A program made the translations under genes and the position numbers. Positions 7,848 through 18,601 of a stretch of 64,000 nt of DNA are shown here, in pieces. This stretch comes from an uncultured Burkholderiales bacterium. Lineage in GTDB: Bacteria; Pseudomonadota; Gammaproteobacteria; Burkholderiales; SG8-41. Position 1 is the first letter of the stretch. Each line of letters starts with the position of its first letter. The stretch is taken from contig CAWUUY010000107.1 in the NCBI GenBank assembly GCA_963924885.1, positions 7,302 through 71,301 on the forward strand, written 5' to 3'. A model generated the notes under the pieces. It searched no databases. It saw nothing but the letters and a program-made list of their open reading frames with translations, and was not told the origin of the DNA.

Positions 7848-9224
7848 GTGACTTGGAATCCCAAAGCATTACCGATCGCTTTTGTTGACCTTGAAACCAC
7901 AGGTGGCAACGCAGCCCTCGACCGGATCACCGAAATCGGCATTGTCGAAATAGGTCCAGAAGGGGTGACAGAATGGAGTTCTCTGGTAAATCCCGAATGC
8001 CGAGTTTCGCCGATGATTCAGTCGTTGACGGGTATCACCAATGAGATGCTCGCCGATGCTCCGATGTTCGGTCAGTTGGCGCGGGCAGTTAATGAGCGAC
8101 TGGCAGGCCGTATATTCGTCGCTCACAATGCTCGATTCGACTACGGTTTTCTTAAGCAATCATTGGCCCGCGAGGGCATTTCATTCCGGCCAACAGTGTT
8201 ATGCACGGTCAGGCTCTCGCGTCACCTATTCCCCCAGCACCGGCGACACAATCTCGACGCCTTAATTGACCGCCATGCGCTAAAGGCTAGTGGCCGCCAT
8301 CGTGCGCTTGCTGACGCCCAATTAATCCATCAGTTCTGGAATCGAGTACGTGAGCAGTTTGACGAGAGCATTCTCGAAGCCGCCTTGAAACATCTGCTGG
8401 GCCGTCCAGCACTTCCGCCGCACCTTGATGCGACCATGGTTGAAAACCTGCCTGATGGCCCGGGCGTTTACTTGTTCTTTGCCGACAATGACCTGCCTCT
8501 TTATATCGGCAAGGCCAAGAACATACGCAAGCGGGTGCTTTCGCATTTTGCAGCCGACCATTCGTCGCCAAAGGAAATGAGCTTGGCTCAGCAAGTCAAG
8601 CGCATTGAGCATAGAGAGACTGGAGGTGAAATCGGCGCCCTGCTGCTGGAGGCGAGATTAGTTAAGGAAATGCTTCCGACCCACAATCGCCAGTTACGCC
8701 GAAGCAAGGCACTGTGTTCCATTCGTCTTGATGAACACCCAACGCATGGACTTGCGCCCGAAATAGTTTTTGCGGGCGACCTGGATTTCGGCCGGCAGGA
8801 CAAGCTGTATGGACTATTCACGACAAGGCGAGATGCTGTGCGCCTTTTAAAAGACTTGGCGAATGAGCATCGACTTTGCCAGGCGGTTTTAGGCCTTGAA
8901 AAACTCGAAGCTGGCCGGCCATGCTTCGGTTATCAGATTAAGCGCTGCGACGGCGTCTGTATCGGCAAGGCGAAGGCGCTTAACCACGCTGCACGCCTTC
9001 TCGTGGCACTATCCAAACTAAAACTCAAGGCGTGGCCCTTTGCAGGCCCTGCAATTATCCGGGAAGGACACGAAGCCCATGTTGTCGATCATTGGACTTA
9101 TCTCGGAACCGCTAAAACCGAAGTGGGAATATGGGAGTTGCTTGAAACAGGAAAGCCGCAATTTGATCGTGACACTTACAAAATTCTGCAAAAGGTATCA
9201 GGCAAGCTCTCGTCACTGAAATAG
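7848..9224 (+). CDS. DEDDh 3'-5' exonuclease (DnaQ-like) fused to GIY-YIG/UvrC-N-terminal-like (Cho-like) nuclease
   Basis: Exo motifs FVDLETTG, HNARFDYGFL, HRALADA. GIY-YIG GVYLFF..LYIGKAKNIRKRVLSHF. UvrC-like CFGYQIKRCDGVC. Starts 9 nt after the umuC stop. Confidence 0.8.
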   Translation: MTWNPKALPIAFVDLETTGGNAALDRITEIGIVEIGPEGVTEWSSLVNPECRVSPMIQSLTGITNEMLADAPMFGQLARAVNERLAGRIFVAHNARFDYGFLKQSLAREGISFRPTVLCTVRLSRHLFPQHRRHNLDALIDRHALKASGRHRALADAQLIHQFWNRVREQFDESILEAALKHLLGRPALPPHLDATMVENLPDGPGVYLFFADNDLPLYIGKAKNIRKRVLSHFAADHSSPKEMSLAQQVKRIEHRETGGEIGALLLEARLVKEMLPTHNRQLRRSKALCSIRLDEHPTHGLAPEIVFAGDLDFGRQDKLYGLFTTRRDAVRLLKDLANEHRLCQAVLGLEKLEAGRPCFGYQIKRCDGVCIGKAKALNHAARLLVALSKLKLKAWPFAGPAIIREGHEAHVVDHWTYLGTAKTEVGIWELLETGKPQFDRDTYKILQKVSGKLSSLK

Positions 9225-9297
9225 AAAACTCACGCCATTACGCGACGAAATTTTTGCAATTATGGGGGCGGCGCACCGGCAGGGTCGGTAACTTTAA

Positions 9298-9804
9298 TAT
9301 TGCACGTCAGAAAATCAAGGGCTTTGTGGATTCAGTGAGGACCGCACGCCCCGCCAGCACTCTTATACGGGCTCGGATGACGATGCCGCACTGAACGCCG
9401 GCGTCAAGAGCTACCGTGCCGATTCGGCGGCGGTTGCTAAGTTTGCGGCTGACGTCGACCACGCAGGACGTTTCGAGATGCCCGTACTGGCGGCCCAAGG
9501 CATCCGTGACGCGACCGTCTTTGTCGAAGGCAATGACACGCTGCGTAGGCGCATGGAGGCCGCCGGTAACGGCGCGCGTCTGGTGCAGACCTTCGTCGAC
9601 TCGAATCAGCACAGCTACTGGGGCGACGCCATGTACCCGCCTCTGTTCGATGCGCTGCTGAACTGGGTCGACAAGGGCGAGAAGCCCACGCCGGCCAGTA
9701 TCGCGACACGCTGCCGGGCGCTGCGCGACGCGACGCCGGGTGACTTCCTGTTTGTCGCCGACTATGCCGTCAAGCCCTTGGCGTCGAGAATTCCGCCACG
9801 CTGA
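9298..9804 (+). pseudogene. C-terminal fragment of a hydrolase-like protein (5'-truncated at island edge)
   Basis: The frame is open from about 9298 without a credible start. The listed ORF 9478..9804 is its tail. Family assignment is uncertain (alpha/beta-hydrolase-like by feel). Confidence 0.35.
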
Positions 9805-9873
9805 CCTGACGAGCCACTGGTTTCAATGCAGGGACGGGATCGCGTCGGCACGAGCGATGTTCGCAGCATCCAG

Positions 9874-10140
9874 TCAATGCCGGCCTGATTTGCGCACCGT
9901 TGGATTGAGCTTGTCGATATCCGCCTGCACCTGCTCGCGGCTGCATTCATAAACAATTTCGCGCCCCATCACGCTTCCCACATACGCCGCCCCTGTGCGC
10001 GTGGGCGTCAAGGCGCATCGAACGCTGTGCGCGCCTGCGCCGAGCACCACCTCGATATGCTCGGCGCGCTTGTTCAACACCACCACTTCCATGAACTGAC
10101 GGGTTTCTGTGATACGAACTTTGATTTTTTCGTCGTTCAT
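9874..10140 (-). CDS. hypothetical protein
   Basis: 88-aa ORF with backbone-like composition. No motif recognised. Confidence 0.45.
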   Translation of the reverse strand: MNDEKIKVRITETRQFMEVVVLNKRAEHIEVVLGAGAHSVRCALTPTRTGAAYVGSVMGREIVYECSREQVQADIDKLNPTVRKSGRH

Positions 10141-10205
10141 TGTCTGTCCCGTGAGTCCCGCAGATCAGCGCAACAGCGGCGCCGCAAAAGGGCGTCCCGC
10201 GTAGA

Positions 10206-10484
10206 CTACACCACTTCGACACCCTTCCAGAACGCGACGCGTCCGCGAATTTGCTGGGCCGCCTCTTTGGGATCGGCGTAATACCAGACGGCATCGGGGT
10301 TGGTCGCGCCACCTACCTTTACGGTGTAGTAGTTCGCTGTTCCCTTCCACGAGCATACGGTTGTAGTATTGCTCGGTATCAAATACTCCGCTTTAACCGA
10401 AGCCAGCGGAAAGTAGTGATTCTTTTCCACCACAACCGTGTCGTCCGACTCCGCGAGTACAGCGCAATTCCAGATCGCTTTCAT
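10206..10484 (-). CDS. DUF427 domain protein
   Basis: MKAIWN..VLAESDDTVVVE.NHYFP...V......PS...T.C.WKG.A.YY.V....NPDA.W.Y..P pattern. GGAGG precedes ATG 10484. Confidence 0.75.
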   Translation of the reverse strand: MKAIWNCAVLAESDDTVVVEKNHYFPLASVKAEYLIPSNTTTVCSWKGTANYYTVKVGGATNPDAVWYYADPKEAAQQIRGRVAFWKGVEVV

Positions 10485-10544
10485 AGGGCCTCCATGAGGA
10501 TGAGCGGACGCGACAGACACGTCGCGCAGGTAATTTCCAGCGTG

Positions 10545-11462
10545 TTATGGCAGCCAATCCTTAGCCACCAAGAATTTCTCATACAGCGCGGCCTCGCGCG
10601 ACCCGGCCTCCGGCTTCCAGTCGTAACGCCAGTTCACCACCGGCGGCAGTGACATGAGGATCGATTCCGCGCGACCGCCGGATTGCAGACCAAACAGGGT
10701 GCCGCGGTCGTAGACCAGATTGAACTCGACGTAGCGTCCGCGCCGGTACGCCTGAAACGCGCGCTCGTTCTGGCCGTAGGGCAGCGCACGACGGCGCTCG
10801 ACGATAGGCGTGTAGGCTTGGAGAAAATGATCGCCGACGCTTTGCATCATGGCAAAGCAGGTGTCGAAATCGGGGGTATGCACGTCGTCGTAGAAAATGC
10901 CGCCGATGCCGCGCGGTTCGTTGCGGTGTTTTAAAAAGAAATAATCGTCACACCACTTTTTGTATTTGGGATGCAGTTCCTCGCCGAAAGGCGTTAATGC
11001 CTCAAGGCAGGTTTGGTGAAAATGGCGCGCGTCTTCTGCAAAGCCGTAATACGGCGTTAAATCCATGCCGCCACCGAACCACCATACGGGTGCCGCGCCG
11101 TCCTTGAGGGCGCAGAAAAAGCGCACGTTCATATGCACGGTGGGTAGGTAGGGGTTGCGCGGGTGCAGCACCAGCGAGACGCCCAGCGCTTCGTACGAGC
11201 GGCCCGCGAGTTCGGGGCGCGCGGCGCTGGCCGACGGCGGCAAGCCTTGTCCAAATACGTGCGAAAAGCCGACGCCAGCGCGCTCGAATAATGCGCCGTC
11301 TTCGAGGATGCAGGTGACGCCGCCGCCACCGCCCACACTCGGCGGGCGTGTCCACACGTCGCGACCAAACGCTTTTCCCTCAGTCGCGTCGAGCGCGGTC
11401 AGCGCATCAACGATGCGGGTTTGCAGGCCTTCGAGGTATTGTTTTACGCGGGCGGTATCCAT
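10545..11462 (-). CDS. hemF: oxygen-dependent coproporphyrinogen-III oxidase
   Basis: Full-length HemF-like translation ([37 protein letters not shown]). Start taken at [10 protein letters not shown]. Confidence 0.93.
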   Translation of the reverse strand: MDTARVKQYLEGLQTRIVDALTALDATEGKAFGRDVWTRPPSVGGGGGVTCILEDGALFERAGVGFSHVFGQGLPPSASAARPELAGRSYEALGVSLVLHPRNPYLPTVHMNVRFFCALKDGAAPVWWFGGGMDLTPYYGFAEDARHFHQTCLEALTPFGEELHPKYKKWCDDYFFLKHRNEPRGIGGIFYDDVHTPDFDTCFAMMQSVGDHFLQAYTPIVERRRALPYGQNERAFQAYRRGRYVEFNLVYDRGTLFGLQSGGRAESILMSLPPVVNWRYDWKPEAGSREAALYEKFLVAKDWLP

Positions 11463-11493
11463 GATCTGCAAGGATACCTCAGTGGCGCAATCG

Positions 11494-12819
11494 TTACGCT
11501 TTGCGTGCGGCGCCCGCGTTGCCGATGGCACCAATGGAGCCAATGGCACGGAAGCCAATATCCCGCCGCATCTGCATGCCGTCGAACTGGATTTGCGCGG
11601 CGATGTCGTAAGCGCGCTTTTGCGCGGTGCGTACGTTGTGGCCGAGCGCGGTGACGCATAACACGCGCCCGCCGCTCACGACAACCTGACCGCCATTCAA
11701 TGTGGTGCCCGCGTGAAACACGTGGTAATCCTCGCCGGGCTCGCGTGCCTCTGGCAGGCCGTGTATCACATCGCCCTTGCGCGGATGGTCGGGGTAGCCG
11801 TTCGCGGCCTGCACCACGCCAAGCGCCACGCGCGGATCCCACTCGGCTTCGATTTTATCCAGCGTGCCATCGATCGCGTGTTCGAGCAACTCCATCAGAT
11901 CGCTTTTCAGGCGCATCATAATGGGCTGGGTTTCGGGGTCACCCATGCGGCAGTTGAATTCGAGCGTGTTGACTTTGCCGTCTTTGGTAATCATCAGGCC
12001 GGCGTAAAGAAAACCGGTGTAGGGGATGCCGTCTTTTTCCATGCCCGCGAGCGTGGGCATGATGACTTCGCGCATCACCTTGGCGTGGATGGCGGGGGTG
12101 ACCACCGGCGCGGGCGAGTAAGCGCCCATGCCGCCGGTGTTGGGGCCGAGGTCGCCGTCGCCCAGGCGTTTGTGATCCTGACTACTGGCCAAAGCCAGCG
12201 CATGTTTGCCCTCGGCGAGCACGATGAAGCTCGCTTCCTCGCCATCGAGAAACGCTTCGATCACGACCCTTGCGCCTGCCGCCCCCATTTTGTTGTCGAT
12301 CAACATCATGTCCACTGCCGCGTGCGCTTCGGCAAGACTCATCGCAACCACCACGCCCTTGCCAGCGGCCAAGCCATCGGCCTTGATGACGATCGGCGCG
12401 CCTTGCTGGTCGATGTAGGCGTGCGCTGCTTGCACATCGCTAAACGTGGCGTAAGCGGCAGTGGGTATGCCATGGCGCAGCATGAAGCTCTTGGAAAAAT
12501 CCTTGGAGCTTTCAAGCTGCGCGGCGGCTTGTGTCGGGCCGAAGATGCGCAGGCCCGCCGCGCGAAACGCATCCACCACGCCATCGGCGAGTGGTGCTTC
12601 GGGGCCGACGACCGTTAGTAAAATATTGTTTTTATTGACAAACCCTATAAGGTCGGCAGTGCGCGTAAGGGCGATATTTTCCAGGCCCTGTTCGCGCGCC
12701 GTGCCAGCGTTGCCGGGCGCGACATACACTTTTGTAACGCGTTCGGATTGCAGCAGGCGCCACGCCAGCGCGTGTTCGCGCCCGCCGGAACCGATGACGA
12801 GAATTTTCATGGCGATCAA
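11494..12819 (-). CDS. purD: phosphoribosylamine--glycine ligase
   Basis: [17 protein letters not shown]... full-length PurD. The start may be ATG 12810. Confidence 0.95.
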   Translation of the reverse strand: MIAMKILVIGSGGREHALAWRLLQSERVTKVYVAPGNAGTAREQGLENIALTRTADLIGFVNKNNILLTVVGPEAPLADGVVDAFRAAGLRIFGPTQAAAQLESSKDFSKSFMLRHGIPTAAYATFSDVQAAHAYIDQQGAPIVIKADGLAAGKGVVVAMSLAEAHAAVDMMLIDNKMGAAGARVVIEAFLDGEEASFIVLAEGKHALALASSQDHKRLGDGDLGPNTGGMGAYSPAPVVTPAIHAKVMREVIMPTLAGMEKDGIPYTGFLYAGLMITKDGKVNTLEFNCRMGDPETQPIMMRLKSDLMELLEHAIDGTLDKIEAEWDPRVALGVVQAANGYPDHPRKGDVIHGLPEAREPGEDYHVFHAGTTLNGGQVVVSGGRVLCVTALGHNVRTAQKRAYDIAAQIQFDGMQMRRDIGFRAIGSIGAIGNAGAARKA

Positions 12820-14411
12820 TGGCGGAAATGCCGCACGCCGGTATACACCATGGCGATGCCGTGCTCATCGGCGGCGGCCACCACTTCGTCGTCGCGGATG
12901 CTGCCGCCGGGTTGAATGATTGCCTTGGCGCCCGCCTCGGCCACCACATCAACGCCGTCGCGGAACGGGAAAAACGCGTCGGAGGCCACCACCGACCCTT
13001 GCAGCGTGAGCTTGGCGTTGGCCGCCTTGATCGAGGCGATGCGCGCGGAATCGATGCGGCTCATCTGCCCCGCGCCCACGCCCAGCGTTTGCCCATTGCC
13101 GCAAAACACGATGGCGTTGGATTTCACATACTTGGCCACGCGCCACGCGAACAGCAGGTTGGATAATTGTTGCGGCGTGGGCTTGAGCTTGCTCACCACT
13201 TTGACATCGGCGGCGGTGATGACCTTGTTGTCCGCGGATTGAATCAGCAGTCCGGAGCCGATGCGCTTGGTGTCGTGCATATTGCGGCCCTGATCCCATG
13301 CCGTCGCGGCGCCGGGCATGATGCCGGCTAGCGAAATTTCCAACACGCGTACATTGGCCTTGCCCGCGATGATCTTGAGCGCGTCGTCGGAATACGCCGG
13401 CGCAATCAGCACTTCGACAAACATTTTTGCCACTGCTTGCATGGCAGCCGCATCAAGGGGCCGGTTGAAGGCCACGATGCCGCCGAACGCGGACGTGGGG
13501 TCGGTGGCCAGCGCCTTGGCATAGGCTTCCGCGCCATCACGCCCCACCGCCACGCCGCACGGGTTGGCATGTTTCACGATAACGCACGCGGGCTCGTCGA
13601 ACGATTTGACGCATTCCCACGCCGCATCGGCATCGGCGATGTTGTTGTAGGAGAGTTCCTTACCCTGCATTTGCTTCGCCGTTACCAACGAACCCGGCGC
13701 GGGATGCAGATCGCGGTACAGCGCCGCGTGCTGATGCGGGTTTTCGCCGTAGCGCAAATCCTGCACCTTCACGAATCGCCCGTTGGCCTGCGCGGGAAAT
13801 TCGCCGCGCGTGCCGTCCGGCTCAGGAGACGACAGCGACGACAGATAATCGCTGATCGCCGCGTCGTAATTGGAAATGCGGTTAAACGCCGTCACCGCAA
13901 GCGCAAAACGCGTGGCGTCCGACAGCGCGCCGCTGCGTTTGATTTCATCCAGCACGTTTTGATACTGCGCGGCATCGGTCACCACGCCCACGCCGCGCCA
14001 GTTTTTTGCGGCGGAACGCACCATGGCCGGGCCGCCGATATCGATATTTTCGATGGCGTTTTCCAGCGTGCAATCCGCCTTGGCGACGGTACTTTCAAAC
14101 GGGTACAGATTCACCACCAGCAAATCGATGAGCGGGATGCCCGCGTCGGCAATCGCTTTAAGATGCGCCGCATCGTCGCGCCGCGCCAGCAGGCCGCCGT
14201 GGATTTTGGGATGCAGCGTTTTTACGCGGCCATCGAGCATTTCGGGAAAGCCGGTGTAGTCGGCGACCTCGGTGACCGCGAGTCCGGCATCGGCGAGCAG
14301 TTTGGCGGTGCCGCCGGTGGAGAGCAACGACACGCCCAGCGCCGCGAGGCCGCGAGCGAAGTCCACCAGCCCGGTTTTGTCGGAAACGCTCAGTAGCGCC
14401 TGCTTGATCAC
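12816..14411 (-). CDS. purH: bifunctional AICAR transformylase / IMP cyclohydrolase
   Basis: [10 protein letters not shown]...[16 protein letters not shown]... full-length PurH. Confidence 0.95.
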   Translation of the reverse strand: MIKQALLSVSDKTGLVDFARGLAALGVSLLSTGGTAKLLADAGLAVTEVADYTGFPEMLDGRVKTLHPKIHGGLLARRDDAAHLKAIADAGIPLIDLLVVNLYPFESTVAKADCTLENAIENIDIGGPAMVRSAAKNWRGVGVVTDAAQYQNVLDEIKRSGALSDATRFALAVTAFNRISNYDAAISDYLSSLSSPEPDGTRGEFPAQANGRFVKVQDLRYGENPHQHAALYRDLHPAPGSLVTAKQMQGKELSYNNIADADAAWECVKSFDEPACVIVKHANPCGVAVGRDGAEAYAKALATDPTSAFGGIVAFNRPLDAAAMQAVAKMFVEVLIAPAYSDDALKIIAGKANVRVLEISLAGIMPGAATAWDQGRNMHDTKRIGSGLLIQSADNKVITAADVKVVSKLKPTPQQLSNLLFAWRVAKYVKSNAIVFCGNGQTLGVGAGQMSRIDSARIASIKAANAKLTLQGSVVASDAFFPFRDGVDVVAEAGAKAIIQPGGSIRDDEVVAAADEHGIAMVYTGVRHFRH

Positions 14412-14443
14412 GCCTCACTCCTCACGCTTCAAGCCTCACGAAC

Positions 14444-14719
14444 TTAGAACTTGATGCCATGCACTTTCATTTTTTTGCGCAGGGTGTTGCGATTCAGCCC
14501 CAGCATCTGCGCGGCGTGGGTTTGATTGCCGCGCACGCGTGTCAATACCGATTCCAGCAGCGGTTTCTCGACACAGTTAATCACCATGTCGTACACGCCG
14601 CTGGCTTTCTCCCCGTCCAGATCCTGGAAATACCCTTCGATGGCCTTGCGCACGGTGCGGGCCATGTCGCCGTCGTTGATCGGGCTCAACGGGTTTGCGT
14701 GGTTCATCCGGTTTATCAT
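14444..14719 (-). CDS. fis: Fis-family DNA-binding protein
   Basis: C-terminal HTH GNQTHAAQMLGLNRNTLRKKM. Conserved dusB-fis operon arrangement. Confidence 0.85.
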   Translation of the reverse strand: MINRMNHANPLSPINDGDMARTVRKAIEGYFQDLDGEKASGVYDMVINCVEKPLLESVLTRVRGNQTHAAQMLGLNRNTLRKKMKVHGIKF

Positions 14720-15723
14720 GCCGAGAGATCCTCACTGTAGATCAGGTGTTGGCTTCGATCCGCAAGTTCGTTGAAGAACGCGTGGACCGCCTCTAGTTGT
14801 TCCTGGCAAGTTTCAAGCTGGTTCATCGCATGACGAAACGCAGCCGATCCGGCCAGCCCCTTGCTATACCACGAGATATGCTTGCGAGCCACGCGCACAC
14901 CGCGTTGCTCGCCGTAAAAACCATACAGATCCTGCAGGTGCGCCACCAGCACGCGGTGGATCTCCCGCACTTCCGGCGGCGGCAAATGCGTGCCAGTGTC
15001 GAGAAAGTGCGTGATCTCGCGAAACATCCACGGGCGACCTTGCGCGGCGCGGCCGATCATCACCGCATCGGCCTGGGTGTATTCGAGCACGTGCTTAACT
15101 TGCTCCGGCGTGCTGATGTCGCCGTTGGCGATCACCGGGATGCCGATTTCGGATTTAACCAAGGCGATGGTGTCGTATTCCGCCTCGCCGCTGAAACCAC
15201 AGGCGCGCGTGCGGCCATGGATCGCCAGCGCCTGGATGCCCGATTTCTCAGCGATCTTCGCGACCGTCACGGCGTTTTTGCTGCCTTGATCCCAGCCGGT
15301 ACGAATTTTCAGCGTCACCGGCACATCCACCGCGTTGACCACCGCCTGAAGGATGCGGCTGACCAGCGGCTCGTCTTTCAGCAGCGCGGAGCCCGCCATT
15401 ACGTTGCAGACTTTTTTTGCCGGGCAACCCATGTTGATGTCGATAATCTGCGCGCCGTTATCGACATTCAAGCGCGCGGCATCGGCGAGCATCTGCGGAT
15501 CAGCGCCGGCGATCTGCACCGAGATCGGATCGACTTCGCCTTCGTGATCGGCGCGGCGGCGGGTTTTTTCCGACCCCCACAGCAATGAATTGCTTGCCAC
15601 CATTTCCGACACCGCCATGCCCGCGCCCATCAGCTTGCACAATTGACGGAACGGCCGGTCGGTGACCCCTGCCATCGGCGCCACCACCAGCTTGTTCTTC
15701 AATTTGTGTTTGCCGATTTGCAT
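14716..15723 (-). CDS. dusB: tRNA-dihydrouridine synthase B
   Basis: LVVAPMAGVTDRPFR...INMGCPAKKV motifs. Start taken at MQIGKHKL (ATG 15723). Confidence 0.9.
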   Translation of the reverse strand: MQIGKHKLKNKLVVAPMAGVTDRPFRQLCKLMGAGMAVSEMVASNSLLWGSEKTRRRADHEGEVDPISVQIAGADPQMLADAARLNVDNGAQIIDINMGCPAKKVCNVMAGSALLKDEPLVSRILQAVVNAVDVPVTLKIRTGWDQGSKNAVTVAKIAEKSGIQALAIHGRTRACGFSGEAEYDTIALVKSEIGIPVIANGDISTPEQVKHVLEYTQADAVMIGRAAQGRPWMFREITHFLDTGTHLPPPEVREIHRVLVAHLQDLYGFYGEQRGVRVARKHISWYSKGLAGSAAFRHAMNQLETCQEQLEAVHAFFNELADRSQHLIYSEDLSA

Positions 15724-16054
15724 GCGCACAAAAAATAAAATGGCCCACCGGGAAGGACGCGATTCTAATCCCGTGCGTGCGCATTGCAAAGGGAAAATTG
15801 CTTGTTTTTTACGCAACGCGAATCGCGTCGGCGCGGACGCCACACCCAAAATTTTCCGCGCCGGAAACCTGCTGTAATCCTAGACACTTAGCGGCAATTG
15901 TTCGTGCGCCATCTACGTACATCACGCTATGCGCTTGAGTGAAGTGCCCTTTTGATTCGGCACGCGACGCCAGTGAAAAATATTGCCGTGTACTATTGCA
16001 AACCGGCGCGGTTATGGTAGGCGCTGCGCGGCGGTTCGCCGCGCGAAGACAAAG

Positions 16055-17287
16055 CTAACCGCGCGCGCCGAAGATCATGCGCCGCGCGAGATAATTTCGC
16101 GCCGGCGCGAGGGCGCCCAGCAGCGTCATCCCCACACCGCGCGCCGCGCGCAACGGAAAAATATCGTTTGAAAACAACTGCACCAAGCCGTGCGTTGCCG
16201 CGATGGTGGCGTAGCGGTCGATGCGGCGGCCGGCGTGATAGCGATGCAAAACTTGACGCAAGCGCTCGCTATCGCCGCAGTTCAGATTGCGTGCCGGTAT
16301 CACGCGCAACATTTGTGCGAGCTCCCAAGCGTCACGCAGCCCCAGATTAAAACCCTGCCCCGCCACCGGATGCAGGGTTTGCGCGGCGTTACCGATGGTG
16401 ACAATGCCCGGCGCGCCATCCCGTGCGGCAGAATGCAACGATAAGCGCAAAGATAAGGCGTGACACGCGCGGCGCGTCACGCCGGTGAAATCGCCCAGGC
16501 GGCCGCCGAAGGCCTCGCGCAACGCGGCAAGGAAGGTGGCCGCATCGGCATCGCGCAGCGTCTCTGCGCGCGCCGGCTTGAGCGTCCACACCAGCGCCAT
16601 CTCTTGATCGAAGGGCAGCAAGGCCAGCGGGCCGTCGGGCGTGAATCGTTCGTACGCCACATGCCGGTGCGGCAAGGAGGTGCTGACGCGCGCGGTCAAG
16701 GCAAGTTGTGCGTAGTCTATGGTTTTGGGCGATGCAAGGCCGTCAATGTCGCCGCCGTCGGCGATCACCACCAGGCGCGCGGTCAACGATGCGGCTGCGC
16801 CGTCACAGGTGTAATCGATGCGCCTGAATTCGCCGTCACGCGACAGCGCAGTGGCGCGCACACCGCTACGGTAATCGCAACCCGTAGTGCGAGCCGCCAT
16901 TGCTAGCGATAAAAATATATCATTAAAATCATATACATAACCTAATTGCGGTACATCGGCATCGGCGGCGCTCAGCGCCACGCGGCCAAAGCCGCCGCGC
17001 TGCGACACATGAACGTGGTCAATCGCGGTGCCGCTGGCTTTGCGGTTCAATGCCTGCCACGCATTGAATCGTTCCAGCAACAAGCGGCTGCCGTACGACA
17101 AGGCGATGGGCCGCGGATCCGCGCCGCCGGTAGTGATTTGGGTGGTTTGTGCGCGCGCTTCGAGTACGGTGATACGCGGGCGGCTGTTGTCCGTGTCCTC
17201 CGCGTGACTATTTATAAGGGCCAGTGCCAACGCCGCGCCCACCGGTCCGCCGCCGATGATGGCGATATCGGTGTCGGGCGTCATCAC
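16055..17287 (-). CDS. ubiH: UbiH/UbiF/VisC-family FAD-dependent ubiquinone-biosynthesis hydroxylase
   Basis: DIAIIGGGPVGAALA Rossmann motif. pepP-ubiH adjacency as in E. coli. Confidence 0.8.
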   Translation of the reverse strand: MMTPDTDIAIIGGGPVGAALALALINSHAEDTDNSRPRITVLEARAQTTQITTGGADPRPIALSYGSRLLLERFNAWQALNRKASGTAIDHVHVSQRGGFGRVALSAADADVPQLGYVYDFNDIFLSLAMAARTTGCDYRSGVRATALSRDGEFRRIDYTCDGAAASLTARLVVIADGGDIDGLASPKTIDYAQLALTARVSTSLPHRHVAYERFTPDGPLALLPFDQEMALVWTLKPARAETLRDADAATFLAALREAFGGRLGDFTGVTRRACHALSLRLSLHSAARDGAPGIVTIGNAAQTLHPVAGQGFNLGLRDAWELAQMLRVIPARNLNCGDSERLRQVLHRYHAGRRIDRYATIAATHGLVQLFSNDIFPLRAARGVGMTLLGALAPARNYLARRMIFGARG

Positions 17288-17289
17288 GT

Positions 17290-18591
17290 TCAGCGCTCGG
17301 CCATCAGCGCTTCAATGTCGCGCACGGATTTGGGTGCGGCGATGGTGAGTATGTCGCATCCGCCGGCGGTGACCGCCACGTCGTCTTCGATGCGCACGCC
17401 GATGTGGGCGAATTCCGCCGGCACGTTTTCCGCCGGGCGGATGTAGCAGCCCGGCTCCACCGTCAGCACCATGCCCGGCTGCAATACGCGCCACTGTCCA
17501 TCGCGTTTGTAGTCGCCGGCGTCGTGGACATCCAGCCCCAGCCAGTGGCCGGTGCGGTGCATATAGAACTGGCGGTAGGTTTCTTTTTCCAGCACCTCCG
17601 CCAGACTGCCGGTAAGTAATTTCAAATCGATGAAACCTTGCGCCAGTACTTTCACCGCCGCGTCGTGCGGCGCATTCCAGGTGTTGCCCGGCTTCACTTC
17701 GGCTATCGCCGCGGCCTGCACCGCCAGCACCAATTCGTACACCGCCTTTTGCGGGCCGCTGAAACGGCCATTGACCGGAAACGTGCGCGTGATATCCGAG
17801 GCGTAGCCGTCCAGCTCGCAACCGGCGTCGATCAGCAGCAGATCGCCGTCTTTCAGCGTGGCGTCGTTGGCCACGTAATGCAGCACGCAGGCGTTGGCGC
17901 CTGACGCTACGATGGAGGTATAGGCTGGCGCTTGCGCGCCCAAGCGGCGAAACTCATGCAGTAACTCCGCTTCGATTTGATATTCGGTCACGCCGGGCCG
18001 CGCGGCGCGCATCGCGCGCGCGTGCGCGCCGGTGGAAATGTCCGCCGCGCGGCGCATGGAGGCCAGTTCATCCGCGTCTTTAATCAGCCGCAAGTCGTCG
18101 AGCACGGTATGCACATCGGCGATATTGCGCGGCGCAGCGACACCGGTGCGCGCGCGGTTACGCACTTCATTCACCCAGCCCAGCACACGCGCATCCCACG
18201 CGGCGTCGCCGCCGAGGTGCGCGTACACCGCCGCTTGATCCGCCAGCAGGTCGGGTATCATTTTGTCGAGATCGCTGAAAGCGTGGGCTTCATCAAAGCC
18301 GAAGGTTACTTTCGCCGCGTCCGGGCCGTGGCGAAAGCCATCCCAGATTTCGCGCTCGGTGTTTTTTTCACGGCAAAACAGCAGAGCGCGCGGCTTTTCA
18401 CCCGCCACTACGACCAGCACGGCTTCCGGCTCGGTAAATCCGCTGAGGTGATAAAAATAACTGTCGTAGCGATACGGGTAGTGCGCGTCGCGGTTACGCG
18501 TGCGTTCCGGCGCGGTGGGCACAATGGCGACACCTTTGCCGATCAGTTGTGCCAGTTTTGCGCGGCGGCGGAGGTAGGGCGCAGTGTTCAT
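17290..18591 (-). CDS. pepP: Xaa-Pro aminopeptidase
   Basis: M24B motifs (DGYASDITRTFP, HRTGHWLGLDVHD, TVEPG). Confidence 0.9.
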   Translation of the reverse strand: MNTAPYLRRRAKLAQLIGKGVAIVPTAPERTRNRDAHYPYRYDSYFYHLSGFTEPEAVLVVVAGEKPRALLFCREKNTEREIWDGFRHGPDAAKVTFGFDEAHAFSDLDKMIPDLLADQAAVYAHLGGDAAWDARVLGWVNEVRNRARTGVAAPRNIADVHTVLDDLRLIKDADELASMRRAADISTGAHARAMRAARPGVTEYQIEAELLHEFRRLGAQAPAYTSIVASGANACVLHYVANDATLKDGDLLLIDAGCELDGYASDITRTFPVNGRFSGPQKAVYELVLAVQAAAIAEVKPGNTWNAPHDAAVKVLAQGFIDLKLLTGSLAEVLEKETYRQFYMHRTGHWLGLDVHDAGDYKRDGQWRVLQPGMVLTVEPGCYIRPAENVPAEFAHIGVRIEDDVAVTAGGCDILTIAAPKSVRDIEALMAER

Positions 18592-18601
18592 GGTGCGATG
18601 A

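Noticed and set aside
11713-12618. 301-aa plus-strand ORF
   Set aside because: It lies antisense to purD, which has a full-length conserved translation. It is a typical high-GC shadow ORF with an Arg/Ala/Gly/His-rich low-complexity product.
13437-14396. 319-aa plus-strand ORF
   Set aside because: Antisense shadow of purH with a low-complexity Arg/Gly-rich translation.
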